From assembly GCA_043727215.1 (NCBI GenBank), contig JAYSYY010000046.1:23056-87055 (forward strand): a DNA stretch of 64,000 bases. The letters are read 5' to 3'. Source of the DNA: Chitinophagaceae bacterium (GTDB lineage: Bacteria; Bacteroidota; Bacteroidia; Chitinophagales; Chitinophagaceae). Below, one piece after another: positions 48,153 to 59,700 of this stretch. Below the pieces are notes generated by a model. The model saw nothing but the letters and a program-made list of their open reading frames with translations, had not been told where the DNA came from and searched no databases. The position numbers and the translations under genes are program-made. The stretch's first letter is position 1. Every line of letters begins with the position of its first letter.

Positions 48153-49031
48153 ATGAAAAGAAGGGCATTTATTAAAAACACCTCTTTCGTAGCTTTTAGC
48201 ATGAGTGCATTTGGCTTCACAGAGTGGAATGGTGAAAGTTTTACCGGCAATACGCCTACAACAACAGATATTCTTGGCCCTTTTTACAGGCCGGGTGCAC
48301 CCTTTAGAAGCAATATTATCCCACCCGGGTCAAAGGGTATTCCACTTAACCTGGGCGGCACCATTTTTAAACACGACGGCAAAACAGTTTTAAAAGATGC
48401 CCTTGTGGAAATATGGCAATGCGATGAAAATAAATACTACGACAATGTTTCTGAGGACTTCCGGTTCCGGGGTGCTGTAAAGACAGGCAAAAACGGGAAA
48501 TATGATTTTAAGACGATTGTGCCTGTACCTTACCAGGCCAGTCCCGGGATTGAAGATTCATGGCGGCCTGCCCATATTCATATGAGGGTCTCCAGTACCA
48601 GCCAGCAGGACCTGATTACACAGATTTATTTAAAAAACGGCGAGTACGTGGACAAGGACAGGAGTTCCTCATCTCCCGAGGCGGTAAACCGGCTCCTGGT
48701 TATAACTAAAAATGCAGCAAATGAAAACCTGGTGACATTTGATATTGTAATGAACAGGGAATTTCCCCTGGATAAAGAGGTGTATAGAAAGATCTCAGGA
48801 TTATACCAGGTAGACAAGGATATCATTGAGTTCGTTCAAAGCGACGACTTATTATTGATAAAAAGAAATGGGCAATATATGTCAGCCATCCGGTATACCG
48901 GCAACAATACTTTTGAAGGGCCTATGGGTTCCCCAAAGGCAAGTTTTGACTTATTACCAGGAGGCGGAGTAAAGGCAACCATACTGTTTGGAAAAACTAC
49001 CCGAACCGGCGAGAAGTTCTTAAAATATTAA
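48153..49031 (+). CDS. Intradiol ring-cleavage dioxygenase-like protein with Tat-type signal
   Basis: MKRRAFI twin-Arg; LGPFYRP, VEIWQCD..KYYD, TIVPVPY, RPAHIH iron ligands. Confidence 0.88.
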   Translation: MKRRAFIKNTSFVAFSMSAFGFTEWNGESFTGNTPTTTDILGPFYRPGAPFRSNIIPPGSKGIPLNLGGTIFKHDGKTVLKDALVEIWQCDENKYYDNVSEDFRFRGAVKTGKNGKYDFKTIVPVPYQASPGIEDSWRPAHIHMRVSSTSQQDLITQIYLKNGEYVDKDRSSSSPEAVNRLLVITKNAANENLVTFDIVMNREFPLDKEVYRKISGLYQVDKDIIEFVQSDDLLLIKRNGQYMSAIRYTGNNTFEGPMGSPKASFDLLPGGGVKATILFGKTTRTGEKFLKY

Positions 49032-49074
49032 ATAACGATCAAAGTTTTTTAAACCCAACTTAAAACCTACCAGC

Positions 49075-50430
49075 ATGACAAATTCAGCAGATGCGCTTGA
49101 ACCAATTAAACTCACAGACAGGATACAATCCCTCGATATTATGAGGGGCATCGTCCTATTTGGCATTTTATTAATGAACATCAACGGTATGGGGCTCGCC
49201 CGTGCATATGGTGACCCTACCGTTTCCGGCGGTGCTACCGGGTGGGATCTTTACACCTGGATAACGACCAATATGTTTTTTGAGGGAACTATGCGGGCTT
49301 TATTTTCCCTGCTGTTTGGTGTAGGCATGTTTATTCTGCTGGACCGCCTTGAGAAAAAAGGTGCGGGAATAAACGCTGCCAATATTTACTTCAGGCGGTT
49401 GGCATGGATGCTGGTCTTTGGGCTGATCCATGGTTATCTCCTCTTGTGGATAGGCGAGATTTTATATGATTATGCATTAATGGGATTCCTGGTGTATTCA
49501 TTCAGGAATATGGCGCCAAAAAAATTAATACTGGTGGCGTTTTTCCTATTTGCTGCAGGTACTTTATGGACCTGGTCAGAATACAAAAAAGATGTAAAAT
49601 TCCTGGAAGACGTTGCATTGGTAGCTGTCTACAAGGCAACAGGTAAGCCACTTACAAAGGAACTCAAAACTGCAGATGAAAAATGGCAAAAACAGGTTGA
49701 TGACCGATCGCCCGCCGGAGTTGAAGAATACAATACGAATATGCATAAGGGTTATTTTCATGTAGTCGGCTTTCTTGCACCACGGAATACGAATTACAAC
49801 GAACATGATCCATACCGGTACGATGCATTCGATGTGCTAAGCATGATGCTGCTTGGCATTGCGTTGTATAAATTAAACGTCCTTTCTTCAAAAAAATCCT
49901 ACCGATTTTACTTGATTATGGCCTTGATTGGCTACGGCATCGGGCTGTCTGTTAACTACTATGAAGTAACCACAATTATAAATAGTAATTTTTCTTTCCT
50001 AAGTTTTTCAAAAACAAACCTAACCTACGACCTGGGAAGAGTTCCGGTTGCTATGGGTCATATTGCAGCTATTATGCTGCTTTGCAAAATACCCGTGCTG
50101 GATTGGTTAAAGAGCCGGCTCGCCGCAGTAGGTAAAATGGCTTTGACTAATTATATCATGCATTCCGTTATCGCCCTGTTTTTCTTCACAGGCGCCGGGC
50201 TGGGGATGTTTGGCAAACTGCAACGCCACGAACTACTATACGTTGTATTTTCTATCTGGATTTTCCAATTGATTATAAGTCCGATATGGCTGAAATATTT
50301 TCATTTTGGCCCTATTGAATGGCTTTGGAGAAACCTGAGCTACCAAAAGATGCATGCGTTCAGAAAGACAAAAGTTATTCAACCAAACCAATACGACGCA
50401 GTTAAAGATGTTAAGGTAATACCTTCTTAA
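49075..50430 (+). CDS. DUF418 (YeiB-like) membrane protein
   Basis: RIQSLDIMRG..LFGILLMNI, FSLLFG, GKMALTNY..HS, GPIEWLWR. Confidence 0.9.
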   Translation: MTNSADALEPIKLTDRIQSLDIMRGIVLFGILLMNINGMGLARAYGDPTVSGGATGWDLYTWITTNMFFEGTMRALFSLLFGVGMFILLDRLEKKGAGINAANIYFRRLAWMLVFGLIHGYLLLWIGEILYDYALMGFLVYSFRNMAPKKLILVAFFLFAAGTLWTWSEYKKDVKFLEDVALVAVYKATGKPLTKELKTADEKWQKQVDDRSPAGVEEYNTNMHKGYFHVVGFLAPRNTNYNEHDPYRYDAFDVLSMMLLGIALYKLNVLSSKKSYRFYLIMALIGYGIGLSVNYYEVTTIINSNFSFLSFSKTNLTYDLGRVPVAMGHIAAIMLLCKIPVLDWLKSRLAAVGKMALTNYIMHSVIALFFFTGAGLGMFGKLQRHELLYVVFSIWIFQLIISPIWLKYFHFGPIEWLWRNLSYQKMHAFRKTKVIQPNQYDAVKDVKVIPS

Positions 50431-50613
50431 CATGAATGCACCGAACCATTAAAACCGGGAACAGGCAGCATCGGTGAAACCCGAACAGGTGAATGATGCA
50501 GGTATAATGTGTATGAAGCCGATAGGCTGACCATCAAGCAACAGGATTAGATGATAAACTTCAAAGAGTACAGTCAAAATTTCAACGACGCCACGGCCCA
50601 GAACCAACTCAAC

Positions 50614-51936
50614 ATGCCCATAAAAAAAACAAATGAAGGATTAAAACGGGAGATTGGTATCTGGGGAATTTTCCTCAACGTTATTAACAACACTGTTGGC
50701 AGTGGCATTTTTTTGTTACCTGCAGTTGTTGCCGGTTTCCTGGGCAATGCAGGCATACTTGCATACATTGCTTGTGGTATATTGTTTTTACTGGTTATGC
50801 TTTGTTATGCAGAAATCAGCAGCCAGGTAACCTGTTCGGGTGGTACCTATGTATACATTGAAGAAGCATTTGGCCCCTACGCCGGGTTCATTGCCAATGC
50901 CGTTTTCTGGTTTGGAACAGGCGTGTTTGTTACCGCTGCCCTGGTGAATGGCCTTACAGATATTTTGTCGGTGGCATTTCCGGTTTTCAAAGTGCCGTTA
51001 TCCAGGGCTTTGTTTTTTTTCGGACTCATTGCCATCTGTGCACACATCAATATTCGCGGTGTAAAACAAGGCATGGCGCTGATTAAAACAATAACGCTGA
51101 TTAAACTGGTGCCCATTTTTCTGCTGATTATAATTGGCTTTTGGCAGGTAGACACAGCAAATTTGCACATTAGTGAACTTCCTTCTTTTCAGGACTTTGG
51201 GGCAGTATCGCTGATTTTATTTTTCACTTTTGCAGGCGGGGAATCTGTATTAAACGTGGGCGGGGAAATGAAGAATCCGAGCCGCACAGCACCCTTGGGC
51301 CTGCTACTGGGTTTACTGGTTACCATTGCTATTTTCTGCGCCATCCAGCTAGTGGCGCAAAGTACATTGGGCGCTGCACTAGCCAGTTTTAAAGAGGCCC
51401 CGCTGGCGGAAGTGGCGAGCCAACTGATGGGTGCATGGGGACATAAAATGATCCTGGTCGCATCTTTAATTGCTATTTTTGGCATACTCACTTCGCTCCC
51501 CCTGGTATTTCCAAGAGTAATGTTTGCCGGGGCAGAAAATAAATTGTTGCCTTCATTTCTCGCTAACGTGCATCCCCGGTTTGCAACCCCTTCTAATGCC
51601 ATCATCACTTTTTCTTTTATCGCATGGGTGGTCGCAGTGTCCGGTGGTTTCCGGCAATTAGCCATTATTGTATCAGCATCTTTATTATTACTGTACACCG
51701 GGGTAGTGCTCGCTACTATTAAGTTTAGGTTTAAAAAAAATGCAGACAGATCCCGTTCTTTTAGAATTCCCGGGGGCATTACAGTTCATATTGCAGCACT
51801 GTTTGCACTCGGATGGTTCATTTTTCAGTTACGGCTTAAAGAACTGGTGGGCACGGCAATTTTCATAAGTTTTCTCTCAGTCATCTATGTGATTAAAACT
51901 TTACGAAAGAAAATTGTACCTGCTATCAAGCATTGA
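50614..51936 (+). CDS. APC family amino acid permease (copy 1)
   Basis: VGSGIF.LP, GGTYVY..EAFG, GEMKNP.R, HPRFATP; start set by alignment to copy 2. Confidence 0.9.
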   Translation: MPIKKTNEGLKREIGIWGIFLNVINNTVGSGIFLLPAVVAGFLGNAGILAYIACGILFLLVMLCYAEISSQVTCSGGTYVYIEEAFGPYAGFIANAVFWFGTGVFVTAALVNGLTDILSVAFPVFKVPLSRALFFFGLIAICAHINIRGVKQGMALIKTITLIKLVPIFLLIIIGFWQVDTANLHISELPSFQDFGAVSLILFFTFAGGESVLNVGGEMKNPSRTAPLGLLLGLLVTIAIFCAIQLVAQSTLGAALASFKEAPLAEVASQLMGAWGHKMILVASLIAIFGILTSLPLVFPRVMFAGAENKLLPSFLANVHPRFATPSNAIITFSFIAWVVAVSGGFRQLAIIVSASLLLLYTGVVLATIKFRFKKNADRSRSFRIPGGITVHIAALFALGWFIFQLRLKELVGTAIFISFLSVIYVIKTLRKKIVPAIKH

Positions 51937-52032
51937 GTGCAAGAAATTCGGGGAAAAAGAAGCATACGCTCTTAATGGAAAATGAATGCAAATAAAATCT
52001 GAGCTCCGCATCATTAAAACCAGATTCAGATT

Positions 52033-53364
52033 ATGGCTAATAAAAAAACGGGTGAAGGATTAAAACGGGTTGTAGGTGTGCAGGGGCTTACCCTTTCAAT
52101 AGTTAATGGTGTAATTGGAGCAGGCATATTTGCACTCCCTGCTATTGTGGGTATTGCCATGGGCGCCTTTGGAATGTTTAGTTATATTTTCTGTAGCACC
52201 ATGCTTGCCGCTATCATGCTATGCTATGCTGAAATTGGCAGCCGTGTTACAACAAGCGGTGGATCCTATGCATATGTGGAAGCCGCATTCGGCAACTTTG
52301 CCGGTTATATCGTTAACTGGTTATTCTTTTTTGGATGGGGTGTGCTGGGCAGCGCGGCATTGATGAACATTATCATTGATTCACTGGCGGTTCTGTTTCC
52401 AGTTTTTTCATATCCGGTATTAAAAATTGTTTTCAATTGTGCTTTGATTGGTTCTATGGTATGGATAAATGTACGTGGTATAAAGCAGGGGATTGGTTTT
52501 GTCAAAGGCATTGCCATCATAAAATTGTTGCCCCTGGTTGCTCTTACCATCTTCGGCATTAGCGATGTAAAAATGGCAAACCTGCAATGGGAGCACATAC
52601 CAACCCTAAAAACTTTTGGTGACACTGCACTTGTGTTATTTTTTGCTTTTGCCGGATTTGAAACATCGCTCGGAGTGAGTGGAGAATTTAAAAATCCCAA
52701 ACGTACTGTTCCGATCGGAATATTCCTTGGAGGTATAACGGTACTTATTGTTTATATGCTGATACAAATGGTTACACAGGGAATACTGGGCGCCCAGGTA
52801 GCCGCCTTTAAAGATGCTCCACTTGCGGCGGTGGCTGAAAAAATTGCAGGACCAATTGGTGCAACCATCCTTTTGTTTACAGCTGCTATATCTTGTTTTG
52901 GAAGTGTAAGCGCTGATGTGATGGCTACACCACGTTCGTTATTTGCCTGTGCAAATGATGGCATGTTTCCGCGTTTTCTTGGTAAGGTTCACCCGAAATT
53001 TGCCACACCATACCTGGCAGTAATTACTTACGCTTCCCTCATTTTTTTATTCGCAATTTCAGGTGGCTTTAAACAGCTAGCGGTATTAGCAAGCGCCGCT
53101 ATACTGCTTATTTATCTTGCCGTTATTTTATCCACCATAGAACTTAGAATCAAAAAACAGGATGATGCAGAAAAAACATTCAAAGTACCCGGCGGGCTGA
53201 TCATTCCCTGTATTGGCATCGCAACCATTACCTGTTTACTTTCAAGCCTAAGTAAGGGGGAAATACTATCAACAGTAATTTTTATTGTGGCAATAGCTGT
53301 GAGCTATTTTTTAATAAAGAAATTAAAGAAATTTAAAATAAATACAGTTCCTATGATGGAATGA
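52033..53364 (+). CDS. APC family amino acid permease (copy 2)
   Basis: IGAGIF.LP, GGSYAYVE.AFG, FAFAGFE, GEFKNPKR, HPKFATP. Confidence 0.9.
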   Translation: MANKKTGEGLKRVVGVQGLTLSIVNGVIGAGIFALPAIVGIAMGAFGMFSYIFCSTMLAAIMLCYAEIGSRVTTSGGSYAYVEAAFGNFAGYIVNWLFFFGWGVLGSAALMNIIIDSLAVLFPVFSYPVLKIVFNCALIGSMVWINVRGIKQGIGFVKGIAIIKLLPLVALTIFGISDVKMANLQWEHIPTLKTFGDTALVLFFAFAGFETSLGVSGEFKNPKRTVPIGIFLGGITVLIVYMLIQMVTQGILGAQVAAFKDAPLAAVAEKIAGPIGATILLFTAAISCFGSVSADVMATPRSLFACANDGMFPRFLGKVHPKFATPYLAVITYASLIFLFAISGGFKQLAVLASAAILLIYLAVILSTIELRIKKQDDAEKTFKVPGGLIIPCIGIATITCLLSSLSKGEILSTVIFIVAIAVSYFLIKKLKKFKINTVPMME

Positions 53365-53738
53365 GATGAAAAATCACTCATCATATCGACAGGCGTTTGT
53401 TGTAGCTGGGGGAAGGGATTACCAGGATATAGCGAAACACAGGCGTCGATTGAACCCGTTTTCTTCCGCCTCCACCATTAGGAAATTTATCAATCGCCTA
53501 TGTGAACGAACACAGAGAGAGAACCGGGGACTTAAACTGTATTAAAACAAGGAGTTACCACAGATTTCAGTTTGGAAGGAATGAACTAAAATTTAAAAAC
53601 GATTATCACTTTTCAAATTATTTTTTATTACATTTAGTGAAGATCTACAGAAACTCACCTCACCTCTCTGAACTCTGAACTATTAGAATAACGATCATCC
53701 ATTCTCACGAAGGAACCACGCTCTGTTACCAATAAATC

Positions 53739-56700
53739 ATGCTAATTATGGTTAAGGACGCTTTCCGCATTGCAGAACTTGAAAAATTACTCGCAGAACG
53801 TACTGCAGAATTAATTCAACAGTCGGAAGAACTTTCCGTTATCAACAGTGTACAGGAAGCCCTTGTACAGGAAATGGATATGCAGGCCATTTACGACCTC
53901 GTAGGCAATAAGATTCAGGAACTTTTTGATGCCCAGGTGGTTATGATAGCCACCTTTGACCACGAAGCCGGCACGGAAACCTTTCAGTACATGTTTGAAA
54001 ATGGGGAGCGGTTTTATCCCGAAAGCCGCCCTTATGATAAATTAAGGACACACCTTATAGATACAAAGCAAAAAATTTTAATCAATACCGCCGAAGAAGG
54101 TTTTACCTGGTTTGGCGGTAAAGTACTACCAGGAACAAAAGATTTAAAAGCCGGGTTGTTTGTTCCCCTAATATCCGGTGAAAAAATCACCAGCTACATT
54201 AGTTTACAAAACGTAGATAAAGAATATGCTTTTAGCGAATCAGATGTGAGGCTCCTGGAAACCCTGGCAAACAGCATGAGTACGGCCCTGCAAAATGCCC
54301 GCCTGCTAAAAGAAACTGAACAACGTACTGCTGAACTCGCCGTAATAAACAGTGTGCAGGAAGGCCTGGCTAAAGAACTGGATATACAGGCCATTTATGA
54401 CCTGGTAGGTGATCGTATCCGAAACCTCTTTGATGCACAGGTAGTAGGCATCGCCACTTTTGACCATGACAAACAAACGGAACACATTCAATACCTGATA
54501 GAAAAAGGAGAACGGTACTACCCTGCCCCACTCCCACTGAATATTTTAAGAAAACACCTCATACAGACAAAAGAAAAAATTCTCATCAATAAAAACTTCG
54601 AAGAAGTAGCAGCTACGTTTGGGGTAAAAAAACTGCCGGGTACGGAACTGCCGAGGTCTGCTTTGTATGTTCCGTTAGTAATCGGCGACAAAGTGACCGG
54701 TTATACCAGCCTGCAAAATATTGATAAGGAAAATGCTTTCAGCGATTCTGATGTAAGGCTGCTGGAGACCCTGGCTAACACGATGGGTGTGGCCCTTGAG
54801 AATGCACGTCTTTTTGATGAAACCACCCGCCTGCTTAAAGAAACAGAACAACAAAAAGCTGAACTGGGCGTAATAAACAGTGTGCAGGAAGGGCTGGCAA
54901 AAGAACTCGACATGCAGGCCATCTACGACCTTGTTGGGGATCGCATCCAGGAATTATTCAATGCCCAGGCTGTGATCATAGCCACCTTTGATCACGATGC
55001 TGCCACGGAAAGCTTTAAATACCTGATAGAAGATGGGCAACGATTTTACCTGGCTCCCCGCCCCTATGACAAGCTTCGGCGGCACCTCATCATGACCAGA
55101 CAAAAAATGGTCATTAACACCAATTACGAAGAGGCTGTTGCGCGGTTTGACCTGAAAATATTACCAGGAACAAACATGACAAAATCAGGGGTATTTGTGC
55201 CACTTATCATAGGTGACAAGGTGAACAGCTATATCAGCCTGCAGAATATGGAAATTGAAAATGCATTCAGCGAATCGGATATACGCCTGCTGGAAACATT
55301 GGCCAACAGCATGAGTGTGGCGCTGGAAAATGCCAGGCTTTTTGATGAAACCAACCGGTTATTAAAAGAAACCGAACAACGTACTGCGGAACTGGCGGTG
55401 ATAAATAGTGTACAGGAAGGCCTGGCCCGCGAACTGGATATGCAGGCTATTTATGACCTGGTCGGCAACAAGATCAGGGAAGTGTTTGATGCGCAGGTGG
55501 TGATTATCGCCAGTTTTGACCATGACAACGGAACAGAAAAATTCAACTACATGATTGAAAAAGGGGAACAGTTCTATCCTGATCCCCGCCGTTATGATAA
55601 GTTGCGTTACCAGCTTATTATGACCAAACAGAAAATCCTCTTTAATAATAATGTAACGGAGGCATTATCTGAGTTCGGGCTCAAGTTGATCTCAGGCACT
55701 GAAATGCCTAAGTCCATATTGTATGTACCGCTCATTGTGGGCAATAAGGTAACGAGCTATGTGAGCCTGCAAAATCTAGATAAGGAAAATGCCTTCAGTG
55801 AATCAGATGTAAGACTGTTAGAAACACTGGCGAACAGCATGAGTGTAGCACTGGAGAATGCAAGGCTCTTCGATGAAACAAACCGGCTGCTGAAAGAAAC
55901 AGAACAGGGAAAAGCAGAGCTGGCGGTTATCAACAGCGTTCAGGAAGGCCTCGTAAGAGAAATGGATATCCAGGGAATCTATAATTTAGTGGGTGACCGG
56001 GTTCAAAAGCTTTTTACTGCACAGTGTGTAATCATTGCAACATTCGATCATGAAAAAAAACTCGAATATTTTAATTACCATATAGAGAAAGGAGAACTAT
56101 CTCATCCGGATCCGCGGCGTTTTGATAAGGTGAGGCAACACCTGATCGATACCGGTCAAAACATCCTGATCAATGAAGACTATCCCAAAGCCGCCGCTGA
56201 ATTTGGAATGAAAGTAGTACCCGGCACAGAAGCGCCTAAATCACTTCTGTTCATGCCGCTAAAAGTGGGCGACAAGGTGACCGGTTATGTAAGCCTTCAG
56301 AATATTGACCAGGAAAATGCTTTTTCGTTTTCTGATATTCGACTGCTTAGTACCCTGGCAAATAGTATGAGTGTTGCGCTGGAAAATGCAAGATTGTTTG
56401 ATGAAACTAACCGCCTGCTCAAAGTAACGGAACATCGCACTGCGGAGCTATCCGTCATCAACAGTGTGCAGGAGGGCCTTGCCAAAGAACTGCATATACA
56501 GGGTATTTATGAACTGGTAGGTGAAAAAGTGAGGGAAATTTTTAATGCACAGGTAATAGATATTGTTACTTACGATAGATCTACCAACCTCATAGAAGAC
56601 AGGTATTCATTTGAAAAAGGGGATAGAACCCTGGCAGGATCAAGGGTACCGATCGGCTTTAGGAAACATTTAATAGATACGGGCCAGTTGCTGCTGATCA

Positions 56701-59700
56701 ACGAGGACCTGGAAAATAAAAGCATTGAATTTAACAGCCCTGTGGTGCAGGGAGAACAACCCAAATCACTCGTTTTTGTACCATTAATTTCCGGCAATGA
56801 GGTGAAAGGTATGATCAGCCTGCAGGATCTTGATAAGGAACATGCTTTCAGTGATTCAGATGTGCGATTGCTGGTAACCCTCGCCAACAGTATGACAGTG
56901 GCCCTTGAAAATGCCCGGCTGTTTGATGAAACCAACCGCCTGCTCAAAGAAACAGAACAACGGACCGCAGAACTATCCGTCATAAACAGTGTACAGGAAG
57001 GCCTGGCAAAAGAACTGGATATACAGGGGATTTATGAATTGGTGGGAGAAAAAGTAAGGGAGATTTTTAATGCCCAGGTGATTGATATTGTAACCTACGA
57101 TAAAAAAACCAACCTGATAGAAGACCGGTATGCTTATGAAAAAGGAGACAGGACACTGGTTGGGTCATGGGAGCCCGCAGGGTTTAGAAAACATGTGATT
57201 GATACCGCTCAATTATTACTGATAAATGAAGAGCTTGATAAAAAAAGTATTGAATTCAGCAGCACCGTAATTCATGGTGAACTACCGAAATCGGTCGTTT
57301 TTGTCCCATTAACCTCCGGTAACGAAGTGAAGGGCATGATCAGCCTGCAGGACCTGGATAGGGATCATGCTTTCAGCGACTCTGATGTTCGCCTGTTGGT
57401 AACCCTTGCAAACAGTATGAGTGTTGCCCTGCAAAATGCCCGCCTGTTTGATGAAACCAACCGCCTGCTGAAAGAAACGGAACAGCGCAATGCAGAACTG
57501 GCAGTAATAAACAGTGTGCAGGAAAGCCTGGTGGCAAAAATGGATATGCAGGGGATTTATGAACTGGTAGGGGAAAAGATCCGCGAAATTTTTGACGCCC
57601 AGGTGATTGACATTGTTATGTACGACCATTATGCAAACCTTTTGGAAGACCGTTATTCATATGAAAAAGGTGACAGAACTTTGGTCGGTCCACGCGAACC
57701 GAAAGGCTTCAGGAAACACATCATCCAGACCAAACAACTTTTATTACACAATGAGCATGTATTAGAGGCCATGCGCGAATATGATAATGAAGTTTTAATT
57801 GGTGAAGTGCCCAAGTCTCATGTATATGTACCCATGATCGCCGGCGGCGAGGTTAAAGGAATTATCAGCCTCCAGAATCTTGACCATGAGCAGGCTTTTT
57901 CTGTATCCGATGTAAACCTGCTTACCACACTGGCCAATAGTATGAGTGTGGCGCTGGAAAGTGCACGCCTCTTTGATGAAACCAACCGGCTGCTTAAAGA
58001 AACCGAACAACGAAATGCGGAGCTGGCGGTCATCAATAGTGTGCAGGAAAGCCTGGTGGCAAAAATGGACATGCAGGGAATTTATGAGTTGGTGGGAGAA
58101 AAGATTCGTGAAATCTTTGATGCACAGGTAATTGATATTGTCACATATGATAATGCCGCCAACCTGATTGAAGACCGGTATGCTTATGAAAAAGGAGATA
58201 GAACATTGATCGGATCCCGGCAACCAAAAGGATTTAGAAAACACGTAATAGAAACCCGCCAGCTACTTTTGCATAATGAAAATGTGCCGCAGGCTATCCT
58301 GGATTATGGAAATGAAATCCTCATTGGCGAAATGCCAAAATCACAGGTCTATGTGCCTATGATCGCTGTTGGGGAAGTAAAAGGGATCATCAGCCTGCAA
58401 AACCTTGATCATGAACATGCTTTTTCCAGCTCGGATGTAAACCTGCTGACGACCCTGGCCAATAGCATGAGTGTGGCCCTGGAAAGTGCCCGCCTCTTTG
58501 ACGAAACCACACGGCTGCTGAATGAAACAGAGCAGCGTACCGCAGAATTGTCGGTAATAAACAGTGTGCAGCAAGGCCTGGCAAAGGAACTGGATATACA
58601 GGGTATCTACGAATTGGTCGGTGAAAAGATGAGGGAAATTTTCAGTGCACAGGTAATCGATATCGTTACCTACGACCCCAAATTAAATTTAATTGAAGAC
58701 CGCTATTCTTTCGAAAAAGGAGATACTACTTTGTTGGGACCAAGGGAACCAAAAGGCTTTAGAAAACACATTATAACAACGGGGCAACAATTAGTGATCA
58801 ATAAGGACTTTGACAGGATCAATCTTCAATACAATAATACAATACTCATCGGGGAACATCCCAAATCCGCCGTGCTGGTTCCAATGAAATCCGGAGGCAA
58901 GGTAAATGGCATGATAAGTCTACAAAACCTTGATCATGAAAATGCGTTTTCTGATTCGGATGTGAACCTGCTGAATACGCTGGCAAACAGCATGAGTGTA
59001 GCATTGGAAAACGCCAGGCTTTTTGATGAAACTAACCGCCTTTTAAAAGAAACCGAACAACGGACTGCTGAACTCTCTGTGATAAACAGTGTGCAGGAGG
59101 GCCTGGCTAAGGAACTGGATATCCAGGGTATTTACGAACTGGTGGGAGAAAAAATGCGCGCCATTTTTAATGCACAGGTCATAGATATTGTTACCTACGA
59201 TAAAACAACTGATCTCATAGAGGACCGGTACACTTATGAAAAAGGTGACCGGACCTTATTAGGAGCCCGGCCGTTAAAAGGATTTAGAAGACATGTGATT
59301 GAAACTGCGAAACCTTTTGTTATTAATAAAGATGTTGATCTTATCAGGACTCAATATGACCAAACAGTCATAATTGGCGTAAGTGCAAAATCATTGGTAT
59401 TTGTACCGATGATTGCAGGCGCTGAGGTAACAGGCGTTATCAGTTTACAGAACCTTGACCAGGAAAACGCATTTCCTGATTCGGATGTGAACCTGCTAAC
59501 CACCTTTGCCAATAGCATGAGCGTAGCACTTGAAAATGCCCGGCTCTTTGATGAGACTACCAGGTTGCTGAAAGAAACAGAACAGCGTACTGCAGAGTTA
59601 GCTGTAATAAATAGTGTACAGGATGGACTAGCCAAAGAACTGGATATGCAGGGTATTTATAATCTTGTTGGTGACAGGGTACAAAAACTCTTTAATGCAC

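Noticed and set aside
33979-53364. Classical polysaccharide utilisation locus around the HTCS
   Set aside because: No SusC/SusD pair or recognisable CAZyme in the block.
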